Source of the DNA: Raillietiella orientalis
Taxonomy: Eukaryota
Length of the DNA: 64,000 nucleotides
Assembly: GCA_036172245.1 (NCBI GenBank)
Contig: JAYWIR010000018.1
Span: 1,674,001-1,738,000, forward strand
Direction of reading: 5' to 3'
In this document: positions 10,629 to 23,400 of the stretch, piece by piece
Layout: each line of letters begins with the position of its first letter
How positions within the stretch are numbered: the first letter of the stretch is position 1
The notes under the pieces: generated by a model
Database searches by the model: none
What the model was told of the DNA's origin: nothing
What the model saw: only the letters and a program-made list of their open reading frames with translations
Made by a program: the position numbers and the translations under genes

Positions 10629-13158
10629 AAATAAACGCCCCGGAGCGGCAGGGTGAAAAGCCTCACAGTCTTCCTACATCTCTGCTTGCACTTCTCGAGA
10701 TTCTCGAAGTGTTCTCATGCTCTTCGTAATCCACTAAGGGGGTGGCTATATGCAGCAATTGTCACTCAGGATTTGAAGTTCACGACAGCACTTGAAAGAG
10801 CTCTGCTCCTCCCGCTTATCGTGGCCACATCTAATGGGAGGGTCATTCCTTTAGCCTTTCAATAGCAGGTCCATTGTTTCTGGATTCCAGCTCCTGGAGA
10901 ATCTTGAAATGCTCCAATCGCCGGATTACTGGATGCTGAGATTTGAGAGGAGGAGAGACGAGGACCTTCTACACTTGCCTTTCCTTCCACCCCTGGCCAC
11001 TTAATGAGCAGCGGCCGTTCCCTCGGAAACCTCGCGGCAGGAGTCACCCTTCTTTCCTACTGGTTCCGCGAAGACGGGCCGGTTTGCCCTCCCGGATCTC
11101 CGCTCTCGACCTTCGCCGATGATCCCTGCTGGTGTTGGCGGCCAGGATCGCTCGTGTCCTTTTCCCGGAAGCCAGGGAAACGCATCAGATGCCATCGAGA
11201 CCGACTTTCCCCTTAACTTCATAAACAGCTTCCCTTCAAGCTTTTGTCCCAGAGTCCATTAGCGTCTGATGCCCTCTTCGGGAAGTCTCGACCCTTCAAA
11301 GTCTCCCACCTCCAGCTTCATTAGCGCTCCTCCTTTGGAAGCGCGGAACTCAATGACCACATATTTCATTCACCCCGAACAGCGCGGGAGGAACGCCCGT
11401 CGTCAAATTCGGCTCAAAACAATCAGAGGCTCTCGTCCTCGAGTTGCCGAAACTTCCCGCTCATCGCCGACTCTTCTTTCCCTTTTCGATCTGCCGCTTG
11501 CTCCAAAGAAACGGCGGGCCTGCACGCTGCGAAAGTCCTAGAGAGGTCGGAAAGGCAGCAGACGTGTCCCTCCCTCCCCGTGGCACCGAATCCGTTCCCG
11601 CGTCAGAGCCAACTCTCGCCGCATCCGCTGCGGACTCTGACGCGCGGAGGCCGCCTCAATGGAACAGCGACCGGAGGTCTTTCTTCCTCCTGAGCTGGTG
11701 CCCCGTCAGGTCTTGTCCGCATCCCTTGTTTGTGAGGAGCTTCCGGTTCGAGAGAAACGCTCTGCTTCCGCCGCCATAGGAGAAGAGAGAGAAAGAGAGA
11801 AAGAAAAAAAGAAGAGTTGTCGAAGAAACACGGTGGAGGAACGACGCCACCTCCTCGATCGCGCTTACATGACTCCGAACTTCGTCCCCTTTACGTGACG
11901 CCTCTTGAGCGGCATGGGTGGGCAACGCTGGTCTGAACTGCGGGCAGCTGAACGTTGGTGCCGGACGTTCTGCCAACAGCGCTGCTCCTGCCGTCGGAAG
12001 CCATTCCGGCGTCCATGGAAAGCTCCTCGTCGTCAAACGGTGTGCTCCGTGGGACTTGCTGAAAAGGTCGCTGCTTCGGTTCCACCAGCTTCCTCGCCGT
12101 CTTCTGTTGCGCACAAGCTGAGGTAGACCCCCAAACAAAAAGACGGATGTGGCCTCCTTCCAAGGCAGCAGCCACTCGCAGCCGCCGCCGTCCTCCGTGG
12201 AGTGCGGCGCAGAACAGCGCGAGGTGGAATGAAAGCGGCGCCTCGGGACAACCGTGGGTGGACCACGTCGCGGCCGGTGACAGCGCTGGCCCAGTTCTTT
12301 CTCTCCTGTCCCCACCTGGAGCAGGACCCTGACTTCCATGGCCACCACCTCAAAGTCAGCCCGTCCCACTCCGTATTTATCTCCCTTCCTTCCTCAGCTC
12401 CCCTTCCGACCGTGTCCCCTGCGAGGTCCGAAGCAGAGGTCTGACCCTGTTGCCGCATTCGTTCGGAGGAAGGACTTATCTATTTTAAATTCGGAAATCC
12501 AGGGATGGGGAGCAGTGGATTTTGCAGAGGCTCGTGGAATGCGTGGTCAGCATTCTACGATGTCTCTCGATAAAGGAGCGTTATATTTTTTTTTTTTTTA
12601 AATTAAACTAAATTAAATGGGATGAAATGGCAACTCGCTCTGGTCTGGAATCGTCGTTGAATTTCGTTTTTAGAAATTCGTTCCACTTTCCAATAAAACA
12701 AAAATTCCAAGGTCATTCGCCGTTTCGTTTACATCATCGTTACCTATGGGCGCAACGGCCATCTCTGGGATCACCTGCCGAATGCGGACACGGAACACGG
12801 GATCGAACTTCCTGGATATCTTTGTTTTCAAGGACATTCCCTCAGTTTCCCGTGAGATTTTTTCTCTCTCTCTCCCGAATTTCGGAGGCATCGCATCAAT
12901 AGGATTCGCAACCTGAGATCTGTCTGACAGGTGCCTTCGTAGCTCGCAGCGAATACCGCGCGGTCCCGTTTCACGTCACGACTGTTCCGGGCAAGATGCC
13001 CGGATACCCTTCTACACCAGGATCCGATGACCTTAGGGAGGTCGAAGAGGCTGGCAGATCGTGGAAGAGGAAAGGGAGGAGGAAGGGGAGAGGGGGAGGA
13101 GAGGCTGATGCTGACACGCCTCTCGAGGTCTCTCCTCCAGCCCTCGTGTCCCTTCCTT

Positions 13159-14070
13159 GCCGCAGCGCTGCCCTCCCTGAGCGAACACTTGGGCAGCAGC
13201 ATTCCGACAAGATGGGAGGTATCCATAGAAAGCTCCGGAAGGAGAACAGGACTGAGTGAGTGGACAATGGACCAGCTCACGGATGCTGCGACCCCGAGTG
13301 TCCCACCTCGAGGACATCTGCGCTGGGGCGAGCTACTGTTGGATATTCCGAGGGAAGATCTGCAGTGGTCTCCAGTGCTTTTGGACAAGCACGCCCTCTC
13401 TTTCAAGTGGTAGGAGTCGGCGTTGATGCTGCTGAACTGGGGTCTCCCATACGACGCCCGCAGGCATCACTGGACCCTTGTGTGTGTGTGTGTGTGTGTG
13501 TGTGGACCCGAACTGCGCCAGGTGCGGGGCACGCGAATTTCTCCTCCTCCACCTGCTTGTCGATCGTGTTATCGCTTCCCGGCCCCTCTGGCAACGCTTC
13601 GCCGCGACCCTGGCAACCTCCGGCAGCAACTCCGTTCAGGACTTCTCTTCGTACGCGACTCCCTTCGACCGGCAGCCTCGCTAGCAGCTCTCTGCTGCCT
13701 ACGCGGGATCGTAGCTGCCTGGAGCGAACGCAAGAGGAGCACCGAGCGACGGGGATGCCACATCCGCTTTGGCGTCCGCTTCACGAGCATGGGAGACAAG
13801 ATGGTTCCACCTGAAGGACAGCATGCAGCGAGAGTTGGCCACCCTCCTCCAAAGGACGCAGAGGACCGCCCCCAGCAGGACGTGATTCCATTCCGCAAAG
13901 TTTCTTGATTTGCTTTTTTTTTCTATTTTTGTTTCTTTTTGTTTGGCCTGTCCCTTCTGCTGCCGGGGCGAACCTCACCGGTCTGCGTACCGGCTACCCA
14001 GCAGGCTCCATTTGAAATGGGCGTGGTTGGACCACAGGTCCAACTACGGAGATTGTATTTATTTTACATT
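13159..14070 (+). mobile_element. Family A 3' fragment, 912 bp, apparently identical inverted copy of 41194-42105
   Basis: ORF-track peptides are identical in the two places (coordinate sum 55264); both share the in-frame TAG at 13411 and the (TG)n expansion at 13479-13504. Confidence 0.92.
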
Positions 14071-14079
14071 GGTAATCCA

Positions 14080-14850
14080 GCCCGCGTGCCGGTGATGGCT
14101 AGCCGCGCGGTCGCATCCCCACCTGGCGTGGGTCCACCTTGGCAGGGGAGCGAGTTCCTTGCCCTTTTTGAGCGTCCGCGCTGGAGCCGAGAACGAGGGA
14201 AGCGACGTCTGCCGCGATCGGTGAGCCGGCAGAGAGAGGTGAGCAACTGGAAATCCTTGCGCTCCCGGACGACCCCCGACGACGGCAACCGACGACTTTG
14301 CCAGCACCTGTGGTTTCTGGAATGGATTGGATGCGATTCGCGGAATCGGGACGTCAACAGGGAGGAACCGATACAGATGACGAGCGAAAGTATTACAAAG
14401 TATACGCGGGAGGTATTGGCGGCGGCAGGCATTTTTCAAGCAGGAGACCAACGGGAATATTTTTAAAGCACGCACAGGCAGCGTGGAACGAGGGGAATGT
14501 GGAAGGCGGGAGAATGGGACTCGTGTGGGATGCGAGCAGGGTTTCTGTCGCTTCCCTTTTGAGCCTCTTCCCGAAGCTTCCATCCAGCTGAATCGAGTTT
14601 CGGGAAGGACCCCCTGAGTTTTTACCCATCTCCCCCGCCCCATACCACCACCTTTTCGCGTTCGTTTGACATACATAAACACCCTGCCTGCTCGTTTTCT
14701 CTTCGGGTGTACACGATGTCTGTCGTACGTGCACAGTCCGTCGGTTTACACTACCAGATGGACTCCAGTCCGTCAGGGGGACCTGCATCCTGACGGACGT
14801 CGCTGGAGAAGGATTCCCGAGAGTTGGGTCGGCGACGACTCTCCTCTCGG
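14080..14850 (+). pseudogene. Decayed gag-like ORF1 fragment of a non-LTR retrotransposon
   Basis: CTRCLSYVHSPSVY at 14708-14749 has exact CX2CX4HX4 spacing with the last Cys read as Tyr (TAC vs TGC); preceded by IPPPFRVRLTY. Confidence 0.5.
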
Positions 14851-17796
14851 AGGAAAGCGGCCGGAATTCTGGCTTCTTCCTGCCCAAAGACAGGAGTCGC
14901 CGCTCGCCTTTGGTGCAGGAGGAGTCGGTTCCCTTTCCCTTCCCTTCTTCCCTTCCCGCCTCTCTAGGAATAATTCCCGGCGGGATTTTTCCCTTCTCTT
15001 GGTCACGATACGCCAGCGGTCAGCGGCCACAGGAGAACCCGCCAGACTCGAAGCAGCGGGACGGGCCGTTGTCCTCCGCGAGCCCGGAGACCGTCGCCGC
15101 CTCCGGTGCTTCCAAGCGCCTCCACGGCAGACGCAGCCTCGGCAGCAGCAGGATCTCTCGGGGAATGCCGTGATCCCACAGCCCCCGCTTCGGGATCGCG
15201 GCGTTTCCCGAGCGGTCCGGCAGTGGTTTCTGTGGTTCTCGGAGTCGAGGACCAAGGCGTATGCCGAGCTGCGGAGGAGGAGAGAAGGGAGATGCGCCTC
15301 CGGGATCAGCGACGACAATGGCGGGGGTGGATGAGCCGACGAGAAGCCATCCGCTTCCAGGTGGCCCTAGAGCGAGTCCGGCGGCACGCCAGCGGGATGA
15401 CCTCCCGTAACCACGGAAAACGCCCCATCCTGCTGGGGGGGAGGAACGCGGCTCCCCCTGCTCGCGTCCTCCTCGACTCCTTTCGCAGAAATCCTTCTCC
15501 CGTCTCCATCAGGAGAGTCCGTTCTGGAAAAGAAGAGTTCGAGGAAGAAGGGCGGCAGCGGCGATCCGTGAGAGAACAGCTCCCGTCGGGAGCGCGGGGG
15601 AATGCGCCGCGGGCTGAGATGCCGGGAGGAAAGGAAAGGCGGGTGGAAGATGAGGGAGAGCGGGAACAGAGCGTGGACTTTCAGGATCGAGGCCGAGGTC
15701 TTCAGTGGGAGAGGAGGAAGCAACCGACCCGAAGGGTGGGGTGGGGAAGAAGTAGAGAGAACCTCATAGAGGCCAACCGCTCCCCGGGAAGAGGACGAAT
15801 CCGCTTTCGATCCGGTGGGAGGGCAGCCGGTCTTTCAGGAAGCTGAGCTTCCCTACCCGCACTCCACCGGGGAAGCCGCCCTCTTGGGATGCGGCTGTCC
15901 GAAAGCGACTGCCGTTACGGAAAAGATCTACCCGCTCCCATTTTCTCCGGGGTGAGACCCCCCGGAGAAAGCCCAGCAGCTCCGGGAGAACCCGATTGCC
16001 CTCCCGGGGGAGCTCCGTCTTCCGAGAGCGAGCGTGCCTTCTCCACCCTATTCTGTCCCCGCTGCTGCTCTGCCGATTTCTTCGGAGAAGGTCCCCGGGT
16101 GGTTCCCGGAACCTGCCAGCTGGGGCGATCCTGGAGACTCTCGACAAGATTGGTGGCCGCCCCGACAGTTCCTCAGGGAGCGCGGCCGCGAGAGGAGACT
16201 GATAGGGACTGCCCCTACCCTTGGTGGCGAGGATGCGCGGGCGTCCTTCCCCCTCCACGTCCATCCCCTTCCAGAGCGGCCAGCGGGAAAGGCGACTCCG
16301 GGACGCGGGGGAAGACAGAGGAGTCGAGGCAGAGAAGAGACGCCGTCCAGGAGAGGGGAGGAGGGCCGCAGTCTCTGGAGGAGAGAGAAGGCCGGAAAAT
16401 CCAAGGGGGCGCCCTCGGGTTCCTTCTTCCGGGAGTCCCGTGGGGGAAGCGGAAAATCTGCCTAGAGGTCCCGAGTAACGGGTGAGGGAGCCCGCCTTCC
16501 TTCGGGGTCTTCCCCCGGGGGGGCTGCTGGGTTGTCCGGGAGAGGAACGCGGTGGGCAATCTGGAGCACGGAAGGGTCGGAGCGCCCACCTGAGGCGTTC
16601 CCTTGCAGCTCTGACCCTCCCTCAGGGAGGAAGGAGGGATCCGGGAGAAGGGCGCTATCTCGGAAGCGCGCCGGCCCTCTCCCGACGAGTCCCTGAGGGC
16701 TCATCTCCCTCCTGGAGCATTCCGACCCCTCGGGGGTGGCGCGGTTGGGGTGTGGGCTTCTCCCCCGCATCTCGGAAATCCCCCTCCTTTTCTCGCTCTA
16801 CTCGCAAGCCTGCACGGTACGGGAGCATCGGGAATGGCCGCCTTCCCTCTCCCTTCCCTCTGCGCAGCTACAAAAGGGAGGGTCGGAGGAAGGGGGAATC
16901 TTGGCGAAGGAGAACGCGCCGCCCACGGCGTCCCTGATCCTCCACGGCCTCTCCGAGAGCATCCCGACTCGCCCATCCCGTGGCAAAGGGCCCGTCCCCG
17001 AAGGGGCGGAAGGAAGAGGGTGAGGGAGGGTGGCTCAACCGGGACGCCTCGCGCGTTCCCCCTGCTACGTCACGTTCCCTTCCCCGGGCTTCCGGGCAGG
17101 TCGCCACTTCCCGCGCGTGGTCTCAAGGTGCTGCGCGCACACACCCCGGGACGCGTCCACGCGATCCGCCGGAGCGCGCGCGTGGGCCCGGGATGCAGGC
17201 CAGGACACCGGACCGCCACATCCCGGTGATTTATCGCGAAATGTCAAAGGGTGAAGGGAAGCGGCGCGGGGCGGCTGCTGGCTGCGCCGACGCGTGCAAG
17301 GCGCCCGCTCTGCTCCCGGGCAACCTGAATCCCGCTTTTCTCTCCCGAGCGAGACTTTTCCGTGACGAGCGGACGGGATGTTTATCTTTCGGGGAGGAAG
17401 GGGGGGGGAGGGGAAGAAGGAAGGAAGGAAGGAAGGAAAGAGGAGGGGGGGGGGAATAAAAAAAATTAAAAAAAATAAAAGGGGGAAGAAAACGCTCGTG
17501 TTCCGTGGGAGGAAGGGGGAGGAGGAGAAGGAGCGCGTCCCGCCTCGGAGAAAACGCGGCGTGCCCTGTTCGGAGGAGACTTGCGGATGAACGATGCGAT
17601 CCCCGAATTCGTGGGATGGAGACATCAAGGAAGACCAGGCGTGCCACAGCCGTACCCTGAATCTCCCTCCTTTCTTTTTCCTTTTTCCTCTCGTCAAATC
17701 TTCTGTCTTTTGGAAAGCTTATCCATAATTCATTGTTGTAGTTGATGTCGGGAGACGATAAACAAGACCGTTTGCAGCTGGACCATGTGAAGCGCT

Positions 17797-17829
<33 letters not shown>

Positions 17830-18941
17830 TTTCTTGTGCTTTTTTTCTTGTTTTTCGTACCTGTTTGTAGAGCAGTGTCCAAATTCGCAAATTTTTTTCC
17901 CCCTCAGCCAGGCGCAAGTTTTTGATGAAAATGTGCGCGTACCGTACGAACGGTGGAAGGCGCGCAGCGCTGCGTGCGGCGTCCGGAGAGAATCAGAGCA
18001 GAGTTGCCACTTGGGAGGGACCGAAAAAAGAGGGGGGGGGGAAGAGGGGGGGGGAAAGGATGAAGAAGAAAGAAAGAATTTTGTTCGGGACTCCATTGTT
18101 GACCTCGCCATGTGCCGAGCACGTGCTGAGATGACAGTGACAACGTGTGGCAAAACGTGGAACGAGCGCGGCTTTCCCGATACGCGTCCAGAAGCATTTT
18201 TTGGTTTGGCAAAAGAGAAAAAAAAAAAAAATTCGTTGCCTGTCGCCCGCGCCTGCGATGCCGCTAATTTTTTTCCGAATTCGTGTGCACGGGCTCCCCC
18301 CTCCCCCCCCGCCTTCCCAATTTCCTTGTCATTCATTCGTTCCGTTGGTAAATGCTCTTTCATGCCAGGCTGACCGATCCCCCCCCCTCCCTCACCGACG
18401 TGCACGCTCCTGTCGTTAACTGAAATCTCCAGTTCTTTAGGGAGAGAGAGAGAGGGAGAGAGGAAAAAGGAAAAAAAAAAAAGAACACGTGCGATTGAAT
18501 CAAAATAAAATTCGGAAAAGGCGCCTGTGTTTTATTTTTCCACCACTTTTCCCCTTTCTGCCTTTTTTTCCCCTCTTCACCCCCTCTCCCCCCTCCCCTC
18601 CCCCCACCGTGTTGAGCCTATGAGCAGGCCAGGTGACAGTGCGGAGGAGCGCTCACTGAGAAAATTAATAGCTTCCCAAAAATGCCGAGATGTTACGAAA
18701 TTGTCAGAACACTATTTGCGTGCTATTCGTGAAACGTATATCAACAAAAAAAAAAAAAAAAAAGGAAAGATCTTTCGAAACATTCTGCGCCACGCAAATT
18801 CTCATCGTGCGTAATTTTTGCGGACTTTGAGCCGTGATTTTCGAATTTTGCGGCTCCGGGATTCACCGGATTCCTCCTGGAAAGCGCCTCCTCGGCGTGG
18901 CGGCGTGGCTCACGCCAGGAAGAACCACCACCAACCACGCG

Positions 18942-18964
18942 GCGCGCGCGCGCGCGCGCGCGCG
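18942..18964. repeat. (CG)n tract of about 11 units, potential Z-DNA, upstream of Pim
   Basis: gcgcgcgcgcgcgcgcgcgcgcg read directly. Confidence 0.85.
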
Positions 18965-19177
18965 AAAAAACGTGCCGCGTAGCCTCCCTTCGGCCGACTG
19001 CGGAAATCCAGCGGACCCCCTCCCCACCCCCCCCCGAGCTGCGTATTCATAATTTGAAGTAATTATTTAATCCCAACACCGCGGGTTTCCCGTGTCCCCC
19101 CCTCCCCCTCCGTACACGTTCGTACCGCTAGCAACGCGCAGACAGTGACGCTACCGCACAGAATGGAAGCGGGCGAT

Positions 19178-19185
19178 TGACGTCA
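19178..19185. promoter_or_regulatory. Perfect CRE palindrome TGACGTCA about 220 bp upstream of the Pim ATG (half site TGACG at 19146-19150)
   Basis: Exact CREB/ATF consensus in a promoter-proximal position; function is inferred. Confidence 0.45.
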
Positions 19186-19338
19186 TCGCTGCTGCTGCAT
19201 TATGCTGTGCCATGAATGCTCCGTGCTCCGCAATGTTGCGAAGCAACCTCGCCTCTGTGCACCGTGGAAGGGTGTAGTGCTCGCGGAGTGCTTTATGACA
19301 AGGAAAAAGAAAAAAAACATTCGTGTTGTTTATTAACA

Positions 19339-19401
19339 ATGGCAGAATTTAGGAAACTGATTGTAGTGATGGTGGTATTATTGCTTGGGCGGTTTGTGTG
19401 A
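19339..19401 (+). promoter_or_regulatory. Upstream ORF (MAEFRKLIVVMVVLLLGRFV*) whose TGA overlaps the Pim ATG (TGATG)
   Basis: acaATGg strong context at 19339. The stop at 19399-19401 shares its A with the Pim ATG. The frame is open back to ATG 19216. The transcription start is unknown. Confidence 0.5.
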
Positions 19402-19455
19402 TGACTCCCAGGAAGGAAGTGTCCTACGAAATCACGACTTTGAAACCTTTTGCAG
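19401..19455 (+). CDS. pim: Pim kinase coding exon 1 ([19 protein letters not shown])
   Basis: ATG at 19401 with an in-frame TAG upstream at 19350. Strong donor CAG|GTAAG at 19456; phase 1 matches the next exon. An alternative start at the exon-2 ATG (20132) cannot be excluded. Confidence 0.75.
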
Positions 19456-20404
19456 GTAAGGACGCGCGCGCCCGTGTTTTCAACCCCCTGGGGTGGGGGG
19501 TGGGGGACTGGCAGCTCCCCGCTCGCCCCCCCCCCCTGCCCCCCCCTGGTGCCTACGCCCAGCAGCCTTCCCCGAATGCCCACGAAGATGTGCCCGAAAC
19601 GGCGACCGTGCTTTTCGAAAAGTGCCCTTCTGCGGGTGCTCGGCGGGCGCGCGCGGTCTTTTCCGTGGATTCTCGCTTGCTGCCCTTTTTTTTTTCTTCT
19701 TCTTCTTTGCAGCCCTTTTAAGTAGGGTAAAACCCCTCCTTCCTGGCACCTCTGCATTGTGAACCCGGGCACACGGGCACAGTGCTTCGAGGAAAAGTAA
19801 CTGGGAGCATTTTTCAGGCATTTTGTGTGATTACCAGTAATTTTTTTCTCCTCCTCCCCCTCCCCCCCGCAAGTGTTTGCCGTCCATTTTTGTGCCTCAA
19901 ATCAGTCCAACACTTTTTTTTTCTTTTTCTCCCCCCCCCCGCCCCCCCCCTGCGTTTGAGGAAATGTGAACGGACGGTGTCGTGATGCGATAAGGAACGT
20001 GACAAAAGTGTGATACAACGTGCGTGTGTGTGTGTGTGTTGTGTGACGACACCTTTTTTTCCCTTCCTTCCTTCTTCCCTGTACGGATCGTCGTCATGTT
20101 TGCTTTTCGTGTACTTTCAGGTTTACGTAATATGGTCAACCCGTCTGAAGACATAGAAAATTATTATAAAATAGGCACACTGCTTGGAAATGGAGGCTTC
20201 GGCTTAGTTTACGAAGGGAAACGTTTACATGATGGATTATCTGTCGCTATAAAATATGTTCCCAGGACTCGAGTTACAGAATGGGGCCAGGTGACATTTG
20301 TCAGTTATTACAAAAAAAATTCTGCATAGTGAATGTTGTTATTGTGTGTGCTTCACGCAACATATATCACGTTGTAATTACGGGAGCTTAGGAGTCGAAT
20401 CTCT

Positions 20405-20435
<31 letters not shown>

Positions 20436-23400
20436 TAATGCATGGAAACGATATCTCGTGAGCCGCACCACGGCAACGATAACGATGCGTCTCTTTCGCT
20501 CGCCAGATCAACGGGCGGAATGTCCCCCTGGAGGTGTTGCTGTTGGAGAAGGTATCGCACATTCCTAACGTCATCCACATCCTCGATTTCCACGAGAAAC
20601 GAGATCATTTTATCATTGTGATGGAGAAGCCTGACCCGGTCAAGGACCTTTTCGATTTCATCTCGGAGAAGGGAACCTTAGACGAAGTAATTGCCAAGAG
20701 TTTCTTCAAGCAGGTTCTGGAAACGGTAATCGCCTGCCACGTTGCCGGGGTCACCCATCGCGACATCAAAGTAAGGAGACCTTGGTTGCCTGCCTCTCAC
20801 CACTCCCTCCCCCTTCTTCCTCTGCCAGGACGAGAACATTTTGGTCAACCCCAAGACGAATGGGCTGAAGCTGATTGACTTTGGATCAGGTGCGCTGTTG
20901 CGCGACACCCCCTACACCGAATTCGATGGTAAGGAGAAGAGAGCATGCGTTGGCATGGTGACCGACCTCGTTGTGTGCGCGCCGTGAGACATCGAAATGC
21001 CATAAACATCTCGCGGACCTTTTGCCGTGTAAATTTTTCTGCCCTGCTACCACACTGTCAACCGGGAAACGATCCCGTTTATTAAAGCGAGTGGAATTAT
21101 GAACGCGCATACGTCACACGGAGCCATAAAGTGGTTCCCATGAGTTGAGGGACTCGAGGATCGGATGGGAAGGAAGCTGCGCTCCGATGCACGTCTTCCC
21201 GCCATTGACGCGAAATTTCGTGCGCGCAAACAAATGCATGTGTTTGATAATCAGAGGAAAACCGAAAAACGAAATCGGGAAGAAAAAAAAAAGATGCTGC
21301 TGCTCGGTCCGTGCGAAAAGATATGCAGATGCGTGTGCATCCTCTAAAAAAAAAAAAAAGAAAGAAAAAGAAAAAGAAAAAAAAAAAGAAAGAAAGAAAG
21401 AAAAAGGAAAAAAAAGTTGATCTCTCTTTGCTTCCTTACGTTGCAGCGAGCAATAAATAATCGTTTTCTGAGGCGGCGGCAGCAGCAGCAGCAGCACCTT
21501 AGTGATGCGGACGCCGGTCGTTCGTACTTTGGGCATTTTCCACACATTCCCGGCGAGTCAGAAAGCGGAAGTCCTCCACGCGCAGCAGCGCTTCGTGCCA
21601 CACACTCTCTGATGGACTTTTTTCTCCTTCCTTTTGTCGGTGCTAAATTTTCACCATGTGAAGTGGCCAATAAATCAGTTTCCCGGCTCGACTCGGGTAG
21701 AGAGGAACGGTATCCCTTCCCTCCGGGAGGCGCGTACGGTACGGAAGGCGTGCGGCTTGCGCGCGCGCGCTCCGGCCAAGGGAGGAGGAGCTGGGGGAAA
21801 GGGGGGGGGGGTTGCGCAGGACGGGGTGCGCGCGCGCGGATGGCGGCGCTGCTCTCTGCACGTGCGGACGTCGGAGATGCCTCGGAACGGAAGGAGCGCG
21901 CCGCCCGCTCCAGATCGACCGAAAGCCCCAGCCTCCCTCGTTTGAGAAGCCGCCGCATCCCGGATCGGGAGGAGCGAGAACGTCATCCGGTTGCCACTTA
22001 GCAACCTGACTGCGGCAACCTTTTGTGCTCGTAACAATCGCCTTTTTTGTTGTGTAACAATGCGTGCGCGGAAAGGAGAGGAGGAGGAGGAGGAGGAAGC
22101 TGCGCGCGCACGTGTGGCTTGGCGCGTCATCAGCGTCGTCAGACGTGTCAATAGGTTTGAAGTGAGCTCAGGTTTTTCAAGATAACTAGGACACGGCGCT
22201 GGTACGAATTCGGGTGAAGCGGGGGGGGGGAGGAAGGAGGAGGGGGGGAAGGAAAAAAAAAAAAGAAAAAAAAAGGCGTTTAAGACGTGGGTGCGCAGAA
22301 CCGCCGCCGGATTTCCGAAGGGGCCTGGACGTGTAGCCCGGGGAGTCGCAGGGAGAGCTCGCAGGATATATAGCAGCAGCGGTAGGCAGCACGCGGCGTA
22401 AATTAACACGGGGCTTGCGACCGTGTCGTTCTTTGGTTTCTCGCCGCCTCACCGTCGCTGCAATCTCGTAACGATTTCGAATAAACCGCTTCCGCCGAGG
22501 GTGGTGGCTGGGTGGGTGGGTGGGTGGTTGGTTGGGCAGCTCATTGGAAATGCATGCAATGTGCAAAGAGAAACTCAGAAGAGGCAACACGAGCAGCAAG
22601 CAGCTCATGGTCAGGTAACTGCGCAGTATGGCAGCCGTTCAAAGCTGGAAACCCATGATTGATTGACTTCCATCCAATTTCACAGCGATCGGTGGATAGA
22701 TGGTAGCGGGAATCAATCAGAGTAATCCACAGCACCCATCGCCTTGGAAACGCCGCGTTTCGTGTGCGCGCAAGGGAGGACGCCGTTCTCCCGGGCCGTT
22801 CTCCGCTCTTCGCTTGCACACGGCTCCAGCCGGAGCCGTTCGCGAGGTTCATCTCCATTCCCTCCCTTCGTTCTTTTGTATCAGATTAAATTTACGAAAA
22901 ATATCCCAATGGGCAATTACTGGACCTGCATTTAACGGGTGTAATTGCACCGAACAATTGTGTGATTATGAAAATGAAACAGTTTCCGTTCCACTTTTCG
23001 CCGCCTGCCTGACTTTTAATGCTCACCCAGAAAACGAAATTTCATTGCTGTACAGAATCAGGAGGATCCTCTCCCGCCCTCTCCCCCTTCTCTCTCTCTC
23101 TCTCTTTTCGAAACGAGCAAGGCACTGGACGCGGGGAAACCTCCAAACGTATGGAAGAAACACTTAAGGGTAGCCGGAAGCGAAACGGTGCCGTATTCGC
23201 TCCCTGTGCGAAAGGAACACCCTTCCCGGGACCTCAAAGGGTTCTTTTCGCGCTGGCACTTGGGAATTTCGTATTTTCGCCACCCTCCCTTTCCGCCCGT
23301 CCCCCGTAGGTTCAATACGAATTCCTGCCGCACTACGGTTTTCTGGTTTTGGGGGAGGGGGGGGGGGGAAGAGAAGGCCGCTCCGTGGGAAGGGCCTGAC

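Noticed and set aside
19568..19794. STAT-like TTCN3GAA sites in Pim intron 1 (19568, 19786)
   Set aside because: Short degenerate motif expected by chance; no support beyond Pim being a STAT target in other animals.
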